DNA of 64,000 nt from a virus, in the IMG/VR virus record IMGVR_UViG_3300042197_000642, positions 31,796-95,795 of that record. One strand, 5' to 3'. Below are positions 9,278 to 18,910 of the stretch, in pieces. Below the pieces are notes generated by a model. It searched no databases, was not told where the DNA came from, and saw only the letters and a list, made by a program, of their open reading frames with translations. Numbering within the stretch: the first letter of the stretch is position 1; every line of letters begins with the position of its first letter. Position numbers and translations under genes: made by a program.

Positions 9278-10599
9278 TTTTTCAATAACCTTTTTATTAC
9301 AACCGGTGGTTTGTAGGAACTTGTAGGTTGAACTACTCTTAAGTCTCTTAAAGTACTGCTCCATTTAGGAGACATTGTTTGAGCCTTTTTATTATTTAGT
9401 TTGTTTAAAGATGAGTTAGATGTCTTTTTATAAAAACCGCTAACTTTTAATTTAGTTTTGTTTTTAGTTTTTGTGTTTCTAACATTTGGTTTTATAATTC
9501 TTTTTTCCTCAGAACTTGGGTTTTCAATTAATCCGAATCGATCCCAGTTGTTAGACTTTCCTAGAGCGTCAATACCTAATTCTAAAACTGTTGTATATAC
9601 TAAAGTGTTTATTCCTGTTCTTTCAATCTTATGTTCTAGCGATAAGATTACCCAGTACCCGCTATATTCAGAACCAACGCCAGAAAGGTATATAGGTAAA
9701 TCTGGTCTAAGATCTGGACTTCCTATTACTTCCGCATAACCTCGGTATCCAAAGCGTTGTCTTTCTTCAGCAGCTTTTGTTTCCCACATAGCAACTTCAG
9801 AGTTAGAAACTACTGTATTAACAGAAAATCTATCAAACTGTTCGGGAACAACATTCTTTCTAGAAGACCTTTTACTTTTTTGTTTTACATACTGAAGTTC
9901 AATTTTAGAAAACCTATCAACTCCGGCATAAGATAACGCAGATTTAGCATCATCTTCTTCATCTCCAAATTGTAGACTTTCTCCAATAATAGGTCTAAAA
10001 CTATAAGTGTCTGTTCCTCCTAAAGTTTCAACAGTGCTCATAGTAAATCTTTTTGCATAAGCTCTATTTTCAGAATAGTCTTTTGATAATGGATAGAAGT
10101 ATAAAGACGTGTTTTCTGCTCTTAAGGTATATCCTATTTTTTTAGCTAACCACACAAGCAATTGCCAGTCAGTTCTTCCGGCTTGAGCTATTTGAGAAAA
10201 CACTCTTTTATGAGGTTCAACAAAGTAAGAAAACTCATATTTACGAGCAATCTTTTTAAGAACTTGGTCTGCAGTTACATTTGTATAAATAGTTTGAGAT
10301 GTATTTTTCATAACGTAAGACGCTCCAATAATATGTACTTCTACACTTCGCTCTCCTGGAGAATATATTGGTTTTATATGATGTACATACCCGTTAAACG
10401 TTTTAGTAGATGAACCAAGAGTATTTAAAGTAATTACTACTGGAGACATAGGTTTTACGTCGTAATAGTCTACTTCCCAATCTTTAAATAATATTATTGT
10501 GTATTCATGCTCATATCTTGCTTGTTTTAAATTAAACTCGTATACTAAACTAGGTCCTGACACACTATATGGAAAGTCTACAGTTACATATTTAAACAT
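9274..10599 (-). CDS. baseplate hub protein (gpD/gp27-like)
   Basis: TADQVLKKIARKY, QAGRTDWQLL..LA, GSPDLRP, YSGYWVI..LEH. Confidence 0.8.
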   Translation of the reverse strand: MFKYVTVDFPYSVSGPSLVYEFNLKQARYEHEYTIILFKDWEVDYYDVKPMSPVVITLNTLGSSTKTFNGYVHHIKPIYSPGERSVEVHIIGASYVMKNTSQTIYTNVTADQVLKKIARKYEFSYFVEPHKRVFSQIAQAGRTDWQLLVWLAKKIGYTLRAENTSLYFYPLSKDYSENRAYAKRFTMSTVETLGGTDTYSFRPIIGESLQFGDEEDDAKSALSYAGVDRFSKIELQYVKQKSKRSSRKNVVPEQFDRFSVNTVVSNSEVAMWETKAAEERQRFGYRGYAEVIGSPDLRPDLPIYLSGVGSEYSGYWVILSLEHKIERTGINTLVYTTVLELGIDALGKSNNWDRFGLIENPSSEEKRIIKPNVRNTKTKNKTKLKVSGFYKKTSNSSLNKLNNKKAQTMSPKWSSTLRDLRVVQPTSSYKPPVVIKRLLKK

Positions 10600-10876
10600 T
10601 TAACAAAATCTTTACTTTAGTACCCGCAGGTATAGTTAAAGTGTCTTTAATTTGAGGATTAAGCTCTGGTATTAACCACCATAATTTAGGGCTTTTATAA
10701 AATCTATTAGCTATTTGGTCTAACCTTTCGTCTTCTACCACAGTATGTTCTAAGTATTGAATAATTCCAAATGTAGAAAACTCATAGAAAACTACCGGTA
10801 ACGCATCTCCATTAACCTCAGTAGTAACAAAATCTACCAATGCGTTATCGTATCTAGACCCTCTATAAATTGCCAT
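10592..10876 (-). CDS. LysM-like baseplate protein (gpX/gp53-like)
   Basis: ERLDQIANRFYKSPKLWWLIPELNP...IPAGTKVKI. Confidence 0.85.
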   Translation of the reverse strand: MAIYRGSRYDNALVDFVTTEVNGDALPVVFYEFSTFGIIQYLEHTVVEDERLDQIANRFYKSPKLWWLIPELNPQIKDTLTIPAGTKVKILLNV

Positions 10877-10891
10877 ATGTAACTCTCTTTT

Positions 10892-12076
10892 CTACTCTTT
10901 GTTTTCTAGACCAAAACCTGTGTAAATCCACAAATCAAAAGCAAGTTCTGTTCTTAATGGAATCATATTAGTATTAAAAGCAGTGTGTTTAATTGAAACC
11001 GATTGCAACCAACCTACATAAGATAATGGCTTTAAAGATGTTGAAGAGGGCCCAAATTCAACTGCAGTTAACGCAGGATACAAATAACCCAAATCATAAG
11101 TTTCTCTACCTAACGGATTGACTGGTTGTTTATTTTCAAGTAGAGTACCAGCGTTTATCATTCTAAAAATGTATTCAATATCATGCATTGTGCCGTATTC
11201 CATTAAGTTTTTTAACTTTTTACCAAATGGCGTTCCAGTGTCTGAGTTTAATCCTTGTTTGTAGTAACCTTTATAATTTGTTTCTAGTTGGCTTTGATCA
11301 CCGTTATTTTCAATGTAAGACCTATAAATAGCCGCAAAGTCATTTGTTCTATCTATCATTAAACTAAAGGTTAAATGCTCTTGGCTTGGAAAAATACCAG
11401 CCACAGCCCTAAATCGGTCTCCCGCGTCTGGAACAATGTCCATTTTTGTTGCAACTTGAAGTTGAATCTCCTGTGGATTCCATAAGAATTGAAAACCGGC
11501 TGGCTTATAAAACGTTATTGCATTTCTTGCCTGATCGCCTCCTCCTAAGTTTTCTGTACTTTTAAGTTGGTTTTCTCTAGTTCTTGCAGTTTGGCCACTT
11601 GGCAGACTGCGACCACCTTCAGTGTTTGTGTTGGGTGTTTGAGTATTAGACGTTGTACTTTCTTCTACCCCAGCAATGTCAGAGTACAGCCACATTTTTC
11701 CTCTACGTCTAGAGTGGGCTGCTGTAACATCTGAAAGGTTATCTAAATTACTTGGGTTTAAAGGTAAACTCCATTCGTGTGGAGGTAAATTAAACTCAAC
11801 ACCATCTGTTGTAAGCTTTCCTTCAGATTGAGGGTATTCTTTTTTAAGACCTCTTACATATTTTCTATTTCTTACTTTTTCATCAATAGGTTTATCTGGT
11901 AACGGTAGATTAAAGTTATTAGTAAAGTTGTCAGGACGTAAAGGTTGAAACGCTGGCACTTGAACAAGAGTTGGTACACCGTTTATTAATACAGTTGTAG
12001 TTGTTGTTGGGGCTTGGAAACTTGATTTAACTGATTTACTAATATTTCTATTTGTGTTAGATGGTCCGACACCCAT
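10892..12076 (-). CDS. tail tube initiator-like protein
   Basis: FQFLWNPQEI and SVSIKHTAFNTNMIPLR motifs; lies between tape measure and LysM genes. Confidence 0.55.
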   Translation of the reverse strand: MGVGPSNTNRNISKSVKSSFQAPTTTTTVLINGVPTLVQVPAFQPLRPDNFTNNFNLPLPDKPIDEKVRNRKYVRGLKKEYPQSEGKLTTDGVEFNLPPHEWSLPLNPSNLDNLSDVTAAHSRRRGKMWLYSDIAGVEESTTSNTQTPNTNTEGGRSLPSGQTARTRENQLKSTENLGGGDQARNAITFYKPAGFQFLWNPQEIQLQVATKMDIVPDAGDRFRAVAGIFPSQEHLTFSLMIDRTNDFAAIYRSYIENNGDQSQLETNYKGYYKQGLNSDTGTPFGKKLKNLMEYGTMHDIEYIFRMINAGTLLENKQPVNPLGRETYDLGYLYPALTAVEFGPSSTSLKPLSYVGWLQSVSIKHTAFNTNMIPLRTELAFDLWIYTGFGLENKE

Positions 12077-14061
12077 TATTGTGTCCTCGCTTTGCTCTGT
12101 AATGCTTTATCATTTAAAGATCTTTCAAGGTCATTAGCTAAAGACTTACCATCAAAAGAAGACCCTTTAGGTATAATGATTTCTACTTTTACTCCACCAT
12201 AATTAATTACACTACCAGAAGCTGATCCAGACATGCTTCTAAACAAATTTGGAAATATAGAGGTTAATCTAGAAAAGAAACCACCTCCGCTATCAGAATC
12301 TGAGCTTCTAACCGTATTTACAACAGAATTACCAGAAGATGTGTTTAGTCCAAGCTTTTTAGAAGTATTCCACCAAGCATCCCAATCGGTTCCTTGGTTT
12401 GACATTTCATAACCAATCATTGCATTTTTTAATGGATCATAAAGAATATCATTACTAGAAAGACCAAACTTCTTTCTACGAGCTGGCCCTAAGTCTCCAA
12501 GCATATTAATTTGAAATAAACCGTATGATAAATCTCCAGTACTTGCATCTGGGTTTAACTCACCAGGTTTTCTTGCAGACTCTTGTCCAATAACTCTCAT
12601 AGCTGTTCCAATTTGGCTTCCTTTAAAACCAACATGGGCTAATATTTCTTTAACTTTTGCAGAATTCATTCTTCCTTCAGAATCTAAATCTTTATTAGAC
12701 CATTCAGGGTGTGGGTGTTGGTGGACGTAACCGCCTTCGTGTCTAGCTCCTGCCATACGTAAATCATTATTAGAAACAACATACCCAGAAGCATTTGGAA
12801 TAAATAACTCAGGACCAGCTTCTCCTACAAGATAAGCATTTTTAGAATTAGCAGAGCCGCCTTTAGCTCTAGGCGCTATGCTATCAGTAACACCCGCAAG
12901 CACTGCTGGTAGAGTAGCAAACCCAAGCAAGGCATTTAATCTTGCTAAACTTTCAGCAAGAACTCCTGCAGCTTCATTAGCTTTTGATAATCCATATGTT
13001 TCAGCTCTAGCTGTTGATTGAACCATGCCCATATCAGCAGCAGCACGGTTTGAGGCGCTAAGCATTCCTTCTGTAGTAAATCCAAGTTTTAATAAATTTG
13101 ATTTAGTGCTTACATCGTAAGCTGAAGCTCCGCCAGACATTGCTTTTGCTATTAAAATTGAAGCAATAATGTTACGAGCTAGTGAGTCGTCGCCAATAAG
13201 TTGATTTAATAAAGAATCAAGTGATCGACCTGGAAGTAAGCCACGTTGTATATCTTCTTTAGTTATAGGACTACTACCTATTTTTTGACTATTTATTCTG
13301 TTCCAAATTTGATCTGCTATTGTTCTAGGATCTTTTGGTCTTCCAGTTTCTGGGTCTGTAACAGAAAGGCCCATCATTCTTGCTCTATTTTGGTTTGAAG
13401 GTTGCATAATCGAATTAAATAAAGATGTTGCTGTTTTTTCAAAACCAGCTCCTGGAACTAGATTTGACATAGCTCCAGCACCTTGTAAAAAGGAACTAGC
13501 GTTTACATCACCCATAATGCCAAAGTTACTTCTGTAAGATAACTGGCCAATACCAGCGTACACATCCATTGGGTTAGTTATTGTTGAGTTTCGTGCTATC
13601 TCTCTTGTGAATTGGCTAGCCGCGTTGTATCGTCCTGTAAGGCCAGTTCCGTCAACATCTCTAGCAGGCATAGTCATTCCAAACAAGCCAGGTTGACCTT
13701 GCGCACCTGGTGAAAACATTCCGGCTAACCTAGTATTTGAATAATTAACAAAGTTAGCCTGAGTAGCGCCCGGCATTAAAGACATCGCTCCAGCAAGGCC
13801 TGAGACAGCTAACCCAGTAAATGAAGGTCTTCCGTTTTGGCTACCACCATTTGCAAATGGCGGATTAACTACATTTTGCGCTCCGTATGGTGGCACGCCT
13901 GCGCCACCATCAGTTTGAGTTAAATTAGTAAAGGTAGGCTTAGGCATAACAGTGTTAGAGCTGTTAACAATTGCTCCACCACTGCCCCCTCCACCAACGT
14001 CTTGTAGGCCAGCTTTAACTGCGTTAGCAATTAAACGTCCTAAATCATTGACGTTTGCCAT
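12076..14061 (-). CDS. tape measure protein with C-terminal lysozyme-like/lytic transglycosylase domain
   Basis: Ala/Gly-rich; RAKGG...YLVGEAGPELFIP; catalytic QES and SYGLFQINM; follows the tail chaperone. Confidence 0.85.
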   Translation of the reverse strand: MANVNDLGRLIANAVKAGLQDVGGGGSGGAIVNSSNTVMPKPTFTNLTQTDGGAGVPPYGAQNVVNPPFANGGSQNGRPSFTGLAVSGLAGAMSLMPGATQANFVNYSNTRLAGMFSPGAQGQPGLFGMTMPARDVDGTGLTGRYNAASQFTREIARNSTITNPMDVYAGIGQLSYRSNFGIMGDVNASSFLQGAGAMSNLVPGAGFEKTATSLFNSIMQPSNQNRARMMGLSVTDPETGRPKDPRTIADQIWNRINSQKIGSSPITKEDIQRGLLPGRSLDSLLNQLIGDDSLARNIIASILIAKAMSGGASAYDVSTKSNLLKLGFTTEGMLSASNRAAADMGMVQSTARAETYGLSKANEAAGVLAESLARLNALLGFATLPAVLAGVTDSIAPRAKGGSANSKNAYLVGEAGPELFIPNASGYVVSNNDLRMAGARHEGGYVHQHPHPEWSNKDLDSEGRMNSAKVKEILAHVGFKGSQIGTAMRVIGQESARKPGELNPDASTGDLSYGLFQINMLGDLGPARRKKFGLSSNDILYDPLKNAMIGYEMSNQGTDWDAWWNTSKKLGLNTSSGNSVVNTVRSSDSDSGGGFFSRLTSIFPNLFRSMSGSASGSVINYGGVKVEIIIPKGSSFDGKSLANDLERSLNDKALQSKARTQ

Positions 14062-14069
14062 GTCACCTC

Positions 14070-14216
14070 CTACTTACGCTTTGCTCGGTCTAACCAATTA
14101 AATCTATCTCTTCTAGATAGTCCTCGTATATCTGACAAAGACCATCCAGTAAATATTCTGGACAATACCTCGTATTGATCCATTAAATCTCTATAGTTGT
14201 TTTCACTATACTCGAA
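14070..14216 (-). CDS. tail assembly chaperone C-terminal extension (gpT-like), likely reached by frameshift
   Basis: Open +1 frame FEYSENNYRDLMDQYEVLSRIFTGWSLSDIRGLSRRDRFNWLDRAKRK* overlaps the end of the chaperone; an internal ATG at 14183 is an alternative start. Confidence 0.65.
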   Translation of the reverse strand, partial: FEYSENNYRDLMDQYEVLSRIFTGWSLSDIRGLSRRDRFNWLDRAKRK

Positions 14217-15006
14217 ACAAGTCGGCCAGGTTCAACGGAAGACTCATCTTTTCTCCGCATGCCTCACAGACCTTTTTCACCTCCCCAAGGCGTGGACCTG
14301 GAAGGTTGTTCATTATGTTATTTAATAGAGTTTCTCTATCAATAATTCCTAGTTTAAGTACAGTAGAAGCTCCAGCAGATGGAGTACCGTTTATAGATAG
14401 TAGGCATCCTGCAATAATAATTGTGTTTAATTCAGCAGTAGTCTTATCCAAGTTCTCCATAATCTTTCTTTGTAAAGCACCATTTGGAAGAGTGATTACG
14501 GCAATCTTTTCATCTTTAAGCTCTACGGTCCAAGTTCTTCCATTAGACTCATCAAACTCTTTTATTGGAACGTCATCTACTAAATGAATAGACACATCTT
14601 TTGTGTCATTACAGCTTCCACAAGTTACGTTTAAATTAATTGTTTCTCCAAACGTTACTCGTCTAATACCAAGAAGAATAGCGTCTCTATCTCCAGACAC
14701 TAAAGAGTCTAAATCTTCTTTAGTTACTGAGGTATCTCCTAAAGATACAAGTCCTCTTTGTAGTATGACATTTAATGCTTTTCCAGAAGATCCGGCTTTA
14801 GATATAGCCTCTTCGTCTACACCATTTAATTCTCTAACTTCAGCTATTTTAATTACTTCTCCTGTTTTATTAAGAAACCCAGTAACTAAAGATACTTCGT
14901 TTTTGGCAGGGGCCCGCGTGTTAATAACAGAGGCGGGCTCCTCCATAGCTTTACTTGCAAATCTTGATACCAATTCTGCATCGGTTATGATCTGAGGTTG
15001 TGTCAC
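14206..15006 (-). CDS. tail/baseplate assembly chaperone
   Basis: VRELNGVDEE, DRDAILLGIRRVTFG, two CxxC pairs; lies between tube and tape measure. Confidence 0.75.
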   Translation of the reverse strand: MTQPQIITDAELVSRFASKAMEEPASVINTRAPAKNEVSLVTGFLNKTGEVIKIAEVRELNGVDEEAISKAGSSGKALNVILQRGLVSLGDTSVTKEDLDSLVSGDRDAILLGIRRVTFGETINLNVTCGSCNDTKDVSIHLVDDVPIKEFDESNGRTWTVELKDEKIAVITLPNGALQRKIMENLDKTTAELNTIIIAGCLLSINGTPSAGASTVLKLGIIDRETLLNNIMNNLPGPRLGEVKKVCEACGEKMSLPLNLADLFRV

Positions 15007-15034
15007 CTTTTATACTCCTTATATATTAATTAGA

Positions 15035-15673
15035 TTACTTTATTGGGGTAAAGTCGTTCTTTACAAAGAATGCTGACAAGCCCTCATGGACTAGCGTCAT
15101 ATTCTCAAATAAGATTTCCCCAGCTCCTGCGTTTAAGTCAGAATAGTTTAATGAACTAATCCAAGCGTTATGTACTTTAAATCCAACACGAGGAACATCG
15201 TCTACAGCATTTAATGCGGTTACAGAGTTTCCTGCGTTTGGGTGATCTAACACGTATAGATTTACATCTACACGGAAGCTCTTGTTAGGGCCTGTAGCTA
15301 AACCATTTCCAGCAGCTGCTGCAAATAGACCACGTACCCAAGTCATTGCTTGATCATTTCCGTACATAACACCTCTTTGGAAACTGACTGGTGAAAATGT
15401 AGTCATTCCAGGAATTTGATGTACGGTTGTGTTGTATCCGCCTTCACGGTATGTGAGGGCTTGAATGTTTGTAGATAAACCAGCTACAGATGTAAAACCA
15501 CCAAACCAACCGGTTGATTTACCGGATACTGGTGGCGTTTTTGAAGCTGAGGCGCTAGTGATACGACTATCAAACGCACCCCCATCAACTGCATTGAACT
15601 CCGCATAGAAGCGAAAGCTTCTAATTGGGTCAGTAGCAATGCTGGAGAATCTATTGATTATGCTTTCAGTCAT
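15035..15673 (-). CDS. tail tube protein (T4 gp19-like)
   Basis: DPIRSFRF, GFTSVAGL, YREGG, PGMTTFSPVSFQRG, NAWIS, E.MTLVHEG. Confidence 0.9.
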   Translation of the reverse strand: MTESIINRFSSIATDPIRSFRFYAEFNAVDGGAFDSRITSASASKTPPVSGKSTGWFGGFTSVAGLSTNIQALTYREGGYNTTVHQIPGMTTFSPVSFQRGVMYGNDQAMTWVRGLFAAAAGNGLATGPNKSFRVDVNLYVLDHPNAGNSVTALNAVDDVPRVGFKVHNAWISSLNYSDLNAGAGEILFENMTLVHEGLSAFFVKNDFTPIK

Positions 15674-15687
15674 TGGTTGTTTTCTCC

Positions 15688-17178
15688 TTACGCCGTAGTG
15701 ACGGTGGTTCCGCCATCATACTGACCAATTTTAATGATTACGAACTCAGCTGGTCGCTGTAATGCTACACCAATCTCTATATTAACTTCTCCGTTATCAA
15801 TAGAAGTTTGTGAGTTTGTAGTTGCGTCACACTTAACAAAGAAAGCTGCATCTGGTGAAGAACCGGCTAACCCGCCTTGTCCCCAGAACTGTGTTAAGAA
15901 TGAAGCACAAGTATTAGTAATTTGACGCCACAATCTAGAGTCGTTTGGCTCAAAGACTGCAAACTTAGTTAAGTCACTTAATGATTTGCTTAAGTAAATT
16001 AAAGTTCTACGAACTGGAATGTATTTGTCAACATAACCTGGCTTTAAGGTTTTAGCACCCATTACAACGATACCAGCGCCTGGTATTGCTCTAATAGCAT
16101 TAACTGGTGCTGCGGCTGAGTTTAAACTATCTAATTCAGAATTAGATAATGGGTTAACTCCAGTAGACCCAGCAATACGAGCGCTTAATCCCGCTGGAGC
16201 TTTAAATACACCTCGTGAAGCATCAGTTGAAGCGTATAAACCAGCAACTGCAGCTCCTACGTTACCTGAAGTTGACGCATTTGCAATAATTGGATCTGGT
16301 ATTCCAATATTTGGATAGTAAACAGCTGCGTAAGAGCTAGATGTGTAAGATGCTGCTCTAGTTAATTGATTTGCAACTGTATCGTTTAATCCATCAATAA
16401 TTAAGAAACCATCTTTTCTTTCTTCGCAATACTGGATTAAAGTATTTACAGTAGAGGCATCTACATATCCTGGAGCATTAAACAATAAAGAAGATTGAAT
16501 TAAATCAAACTCTTCAAAAGAAGCTAATACGTTAGCTCCAGTTATTGCAGATCCATTTAAACCACCAGTTAATGGTTGATTAGTAATAACAGCTGGGTTT
16601 TTAGTAGCTCCTGTACTTGAAGAAGCAGAATCAATTAAAAGAAGATAATTTGATTTGCTGTTAATAAAGTTAGGCGCGTATCTAGCATCTGGATATGACA
16701 TAGTTAAATCTGTATATCTTTCAACAATATTAACAGGGTCTGTGCCACCAAAGTAAACTGTTAAATCAAAAAGCCCTGTAGTTGATGAGTTAGATACACT
16801 TATGTTTATGCTATTACCCCAAGTTCCACTGTTTTTAGCATTAACTACCATTGTGTCATCTGGAGTTGACGCTCTATCTAATAAAGTTCTAGCAGCCGGG
16901 GCAGCGCCAGATCCAATAGTTCTATTTACATAGCAAGCTCCTCCACCATTTTGGAAGAATAGATTTACTGCTATATGTAGGTTTAAATTGCTTGAATTCT
17001 CTAAATAAGTTCCATAGAGATTTACAAACTGAGTCCAAGACGTTATTAATGTTGGAACGCCTGGACCTCTAACGGCACTTCCAACAAACGCAGCTATAGT
17101 GTTTGCGTTTGGTCCAACTACTGATTGGACTGGGTTTAGCGTTTCTTCAACGTATACACCCGGACGTAGGTATGTCAT
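15688..17178 (-). CDS. tail sheath protein
   Basis: YLRPGVYVEE, FFQNGG, RGVFKAPAG, YIPVRR, VFEPND..LW, PAEFVII. Confidence 0.95.
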   Translation of the reverse strand: MTYLRPGVYVEETLNPVQSVVGPNANTIAAFVGSAVRGPGVPTLITSWTQFVNLYGTYLENSSNLNLHIAVNLFFQNGGGACYVNRTIGSGAAPAARTLLDRASTPDDTMVVNAKNSGTWGNSINISVSNSSTTGLFDLTVYFGGTDPVNIVERYTDLTMSYPDARYAPNFINSKSNYLLLIDSASSSTGATKNPAVITNQPLTGGLNGSAITGANVLASFEEFDLIQSSLLFNAPGYVDASTVNTLIQYCEERKDGFLIIDGLNDTVANQLTRAASYTSSSYAAVYYPNIGIPDPIIANASTSGNVGAAVAGLYASTDASRGVFKAPAGLSARIAGSTGVNPLSNSELDSLNSAAAPVNAIRAIPGAGIVVMGAKTLKPGYVDKYIPVRRTLIYLSKSLSDLTKFAVFEPNDSRLWRQITNTCASFLTQFWGQGGLAGSSPDAAFFVKCDATTNSQTSIDNGEVNIEIGVALQRPAEFVIIKIGQYDGGTTVTTA

Positions 17179-17193
17179 TTTGTCTCCTTTTCG

Positions 17194-17829
17194 TTATACC
17201 TGGATAGTTGTAGTGATCGGAGTTAGGTCGGTAGGGATATGAGTCGGGTTTGTGTTGATGTTTACCTGCTCTACTCGTCTAGATATCTCCTCAGCATAGT
17301 TTGGAGGCATCTCAGACACGATGAGTAAGGTAAACACTGTTCTAAATAAACGACGACCATCTTCAATGGTGTCTTTCTTTTTAATTTCTTCTAAAAACAT
17401 ATGACGCCATACACTGTCAGTTTCTGTTTCATTAGATACTAATATGTAACCAAACTTTCCTGGAAAATCTTGTAAAAACTGATGTGTTATTTCCCTTTCA
17501 TGGCGTGGATGTCGAGAATATGCAGTTACTTGATATATTAAATCGTATGCAACTGGAAAATGGTATTTATAGCTTGTTATTGAGTCCCCAGTGGTTGTTC
17601 CAGCAAAATCATTATCATATAAATAACCATAAGCCTGACGTTGGTCATCAGGTTCAATTCCTATTAAATCAATAGTCATAAATGGAAAAGTCTGTTGCCT
17701 TAACTCAACGTCTGGGTAGCCAAACCATACCGGCACAGTTCGAGTTGCATTCTTTTCATCTGTTACTTCAAAACTTTGTAAGTAAGATTTTAATGCCGTG
17801 TCTTCGGCAATCATCATTTTTAAAGTCAT
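17194..17829 (-). CDS. tail terminator/completion protein
   Basis: Directly upstream of the sheath; PVAYDLIYQVTAYSR motif. Confidence 0.6.
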   Translation of the reverse strand: MTLKMMIAEDTALKSYLQSFEVTDEKNATRTVPVWFGYPDVELRQQTFPFMTIDLIGIEPDDQRQAYGYLYDNDFAGTTTGDSITSYKYHFPVAYDLIYQVTAYSRHPRHEREITHQFLQDFPGKFGYILVSNETETDSVWRHMFLEEIKKKDTIEDGRRLFRTVFTLLIVSEMPPNYAEEISRRVEQVNINTNPTHIPTDLTPITTTIQV

Positions 17830-18149
17830 AGCGCTAGCAGAGCTCCTAACGGATTTTCATTTATTTCTCTATGAACAATGTCTGTAGCTTTTCTTTCTAA
17901 ATTCCTTTTAAAGTGTCTAATTACAGAGGAAGGAGGCTGGTTTTGATTTCCATATTCTACAAGCTCAACCTCATCAGATAGCGACTCTGGGTAGTGCACA
18001 TCTATTACTTTTCCGGTTACTCTCACAGATAAAACATCAATCAAATGCTCAGGCCAGCCTTGAGTAGAGGCTAAGGCTTTAAGCTCAATAGTTAATTCGT
18101 CTTCAATAGACGTAGATACGGTGGAAGTAAAGTTATTTGCGTTTTCCAC
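17826..18149 (-). CDS. putative neck/tail completion protein
   Basis: LVEYGNQNQPPSSVIR motif; synteny. Confidence 0.45.
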   Translation of the reverse strand: MENANNFTSTVSTSIEDELTIELKALASTQGWPEHLIDVLSVRVTGKVIDVHYPESLSDEVELVEYGNQNQPPSSVIRHFKRNLERKATDIVHREINENPLGALLAL

Positions 18150-18294
18150 GTTTTAGCGCTTTCCTAAATCCATATACCGCCACTGCAGCTGCTAAGACTC
18201 TTGCGCCCGTAGATTTACCACCTTGTTGTGCCGCTCGGATCATTGCATCCATAAAGTCATCCGATGACGGTCCATCAACCCGATTAGAGGGCAT
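18133..18294 (-). CDS. small hypothetical protein (53 aa)
   Basis: MPSNRVDGPSSDDFMDAMIRAAQQGG...GFRKALKRGKRK*, with a GAAGGAG RBS; not in track. Confidence 0.55.
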   Translation of the reverse strand: MPSNRVDGPSSDDFMDAMIRAAQQGGKSTGARVLAAAVAVYGFRKALKRGKRK

Positions 18295-18377
18295 AGCAAG
18301 TCTCCTTCTGGAGTGGCAAAGTAAAGCGCATTTGTCTTACCGTAGAAACCGCATGGCTTCTACATACACAGGATAAA

Positions 18378-18402
18378 GCAAAAGGCCCCCTTGCGGGGGC
18401 CT
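18378..18402 (-). terminator. intrinsic terminator
   Basis: AGGCCCCC-GCAA-GGGGGCCT followed by a T-run on the minus strand. Confidence 0.75.
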
Positions 18403-18442
18403 AAAGACTAATCTTTCTTTGACTTCTTTTCTTTCTTTTCTT

Positions 18443-18583
18443 TTACTTTTTCTTTCTTACCATAGAAGACTTCTTCTTATTTGCAGGAGCACCCTTCTTT
18501 GCAGCAAACTTCTTGTTCGCTGCCTTCAGAGTCTTCATCCCGTGCTTGTCTTTTGGACGACCACAACCGCAAGTCGCGCACAT
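18443..18583 (-). CDS. Lys-rich peptide with N-terminal CxxCGC motif (copy 3)
   Basis: MCATCGCGRPKDKHGMKTLKAANKKFAAKKGAPANKKKSSMVRKKK*, TAATG-coupled; not in track. Confidence 0.75.
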   Translation of the reverse strand: MCATCGCGRPKDKHGMKTLKAANKKFAAKKGAPANKKKSSMVRKKK

Positions 18584-18720
18584 TACTTCTTCTTTTTCTT
18601 CTTGGCTTTACAATTTTTGCAAGTACAATTCTTACCTTTGGTGCATTTAGAAGTATTTGCTGCTGGAGCCTTTTTTGCAACCTTTTTAATGTTTCCCATA
18701 CAGCCGCAAGTAGCGCACAT
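18583..18720 (-). CDS. Lys/Cys-rich peptide with N-terminal CxxCGC motif (copy 2)
   Basis: MCATCGCMGNIKKVAKKAPAANTSKCTKGKNCTCKNCKAKKKKKK*, TAATG-coupled; not in track. Confidence 0.75.
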   Translation of the reverse strand: MCATCGCMGNIKKVAKKAPAANTSKCTKGKNCTCKNCKAKKKKKK

Positions 18721-18908
18721 TATTTCTTCTTCTTTCCACGTAGGGCAGCAAAATCAGAGCCCTCTAACTTGCCGTCTTTGTCTACATCTAACTTCTTTTG
18801 CTTAGACGACATGCCTTTTGAAGCAGACTTCTTAGCAGCTTTCTTCTTAGGTCCTTTGCCAAATCCTGGTTGACCTTTCTTTTTACCACAGCCACACATT
18901 GCGCACAT
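18720..18908 (-). CDS. Lys-rich peptide with N-terminal CxxCGC motif and EF-hand-like loop (copy 1)
   Basis: MCAMCGCGKKK...DVDKDGKLEGSDF. Confidence 0.75.
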   Translation of the reverse strand: MCAMCGCGKKKGQPGFGKGPKKKAAKKSASKGMSSKQKKLDVDKDGKLEGSDFAALRGKKKK

Positions 18909-18910
18909 AG

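Noticed and set aside
3542-17829. Stand-alone extracellular contractile injection system or tailocin
   Set aside because: Capsid, scaffold, portal, terminase and replication genes are contiguous, so this is a phage tail.
18419-18873. Track ORFs 18419..18805 +, 18481..18873 + and 18477..18680 -
   Set aside because: They overlap the three coupled MCxxCGC genes, which explain the region better.
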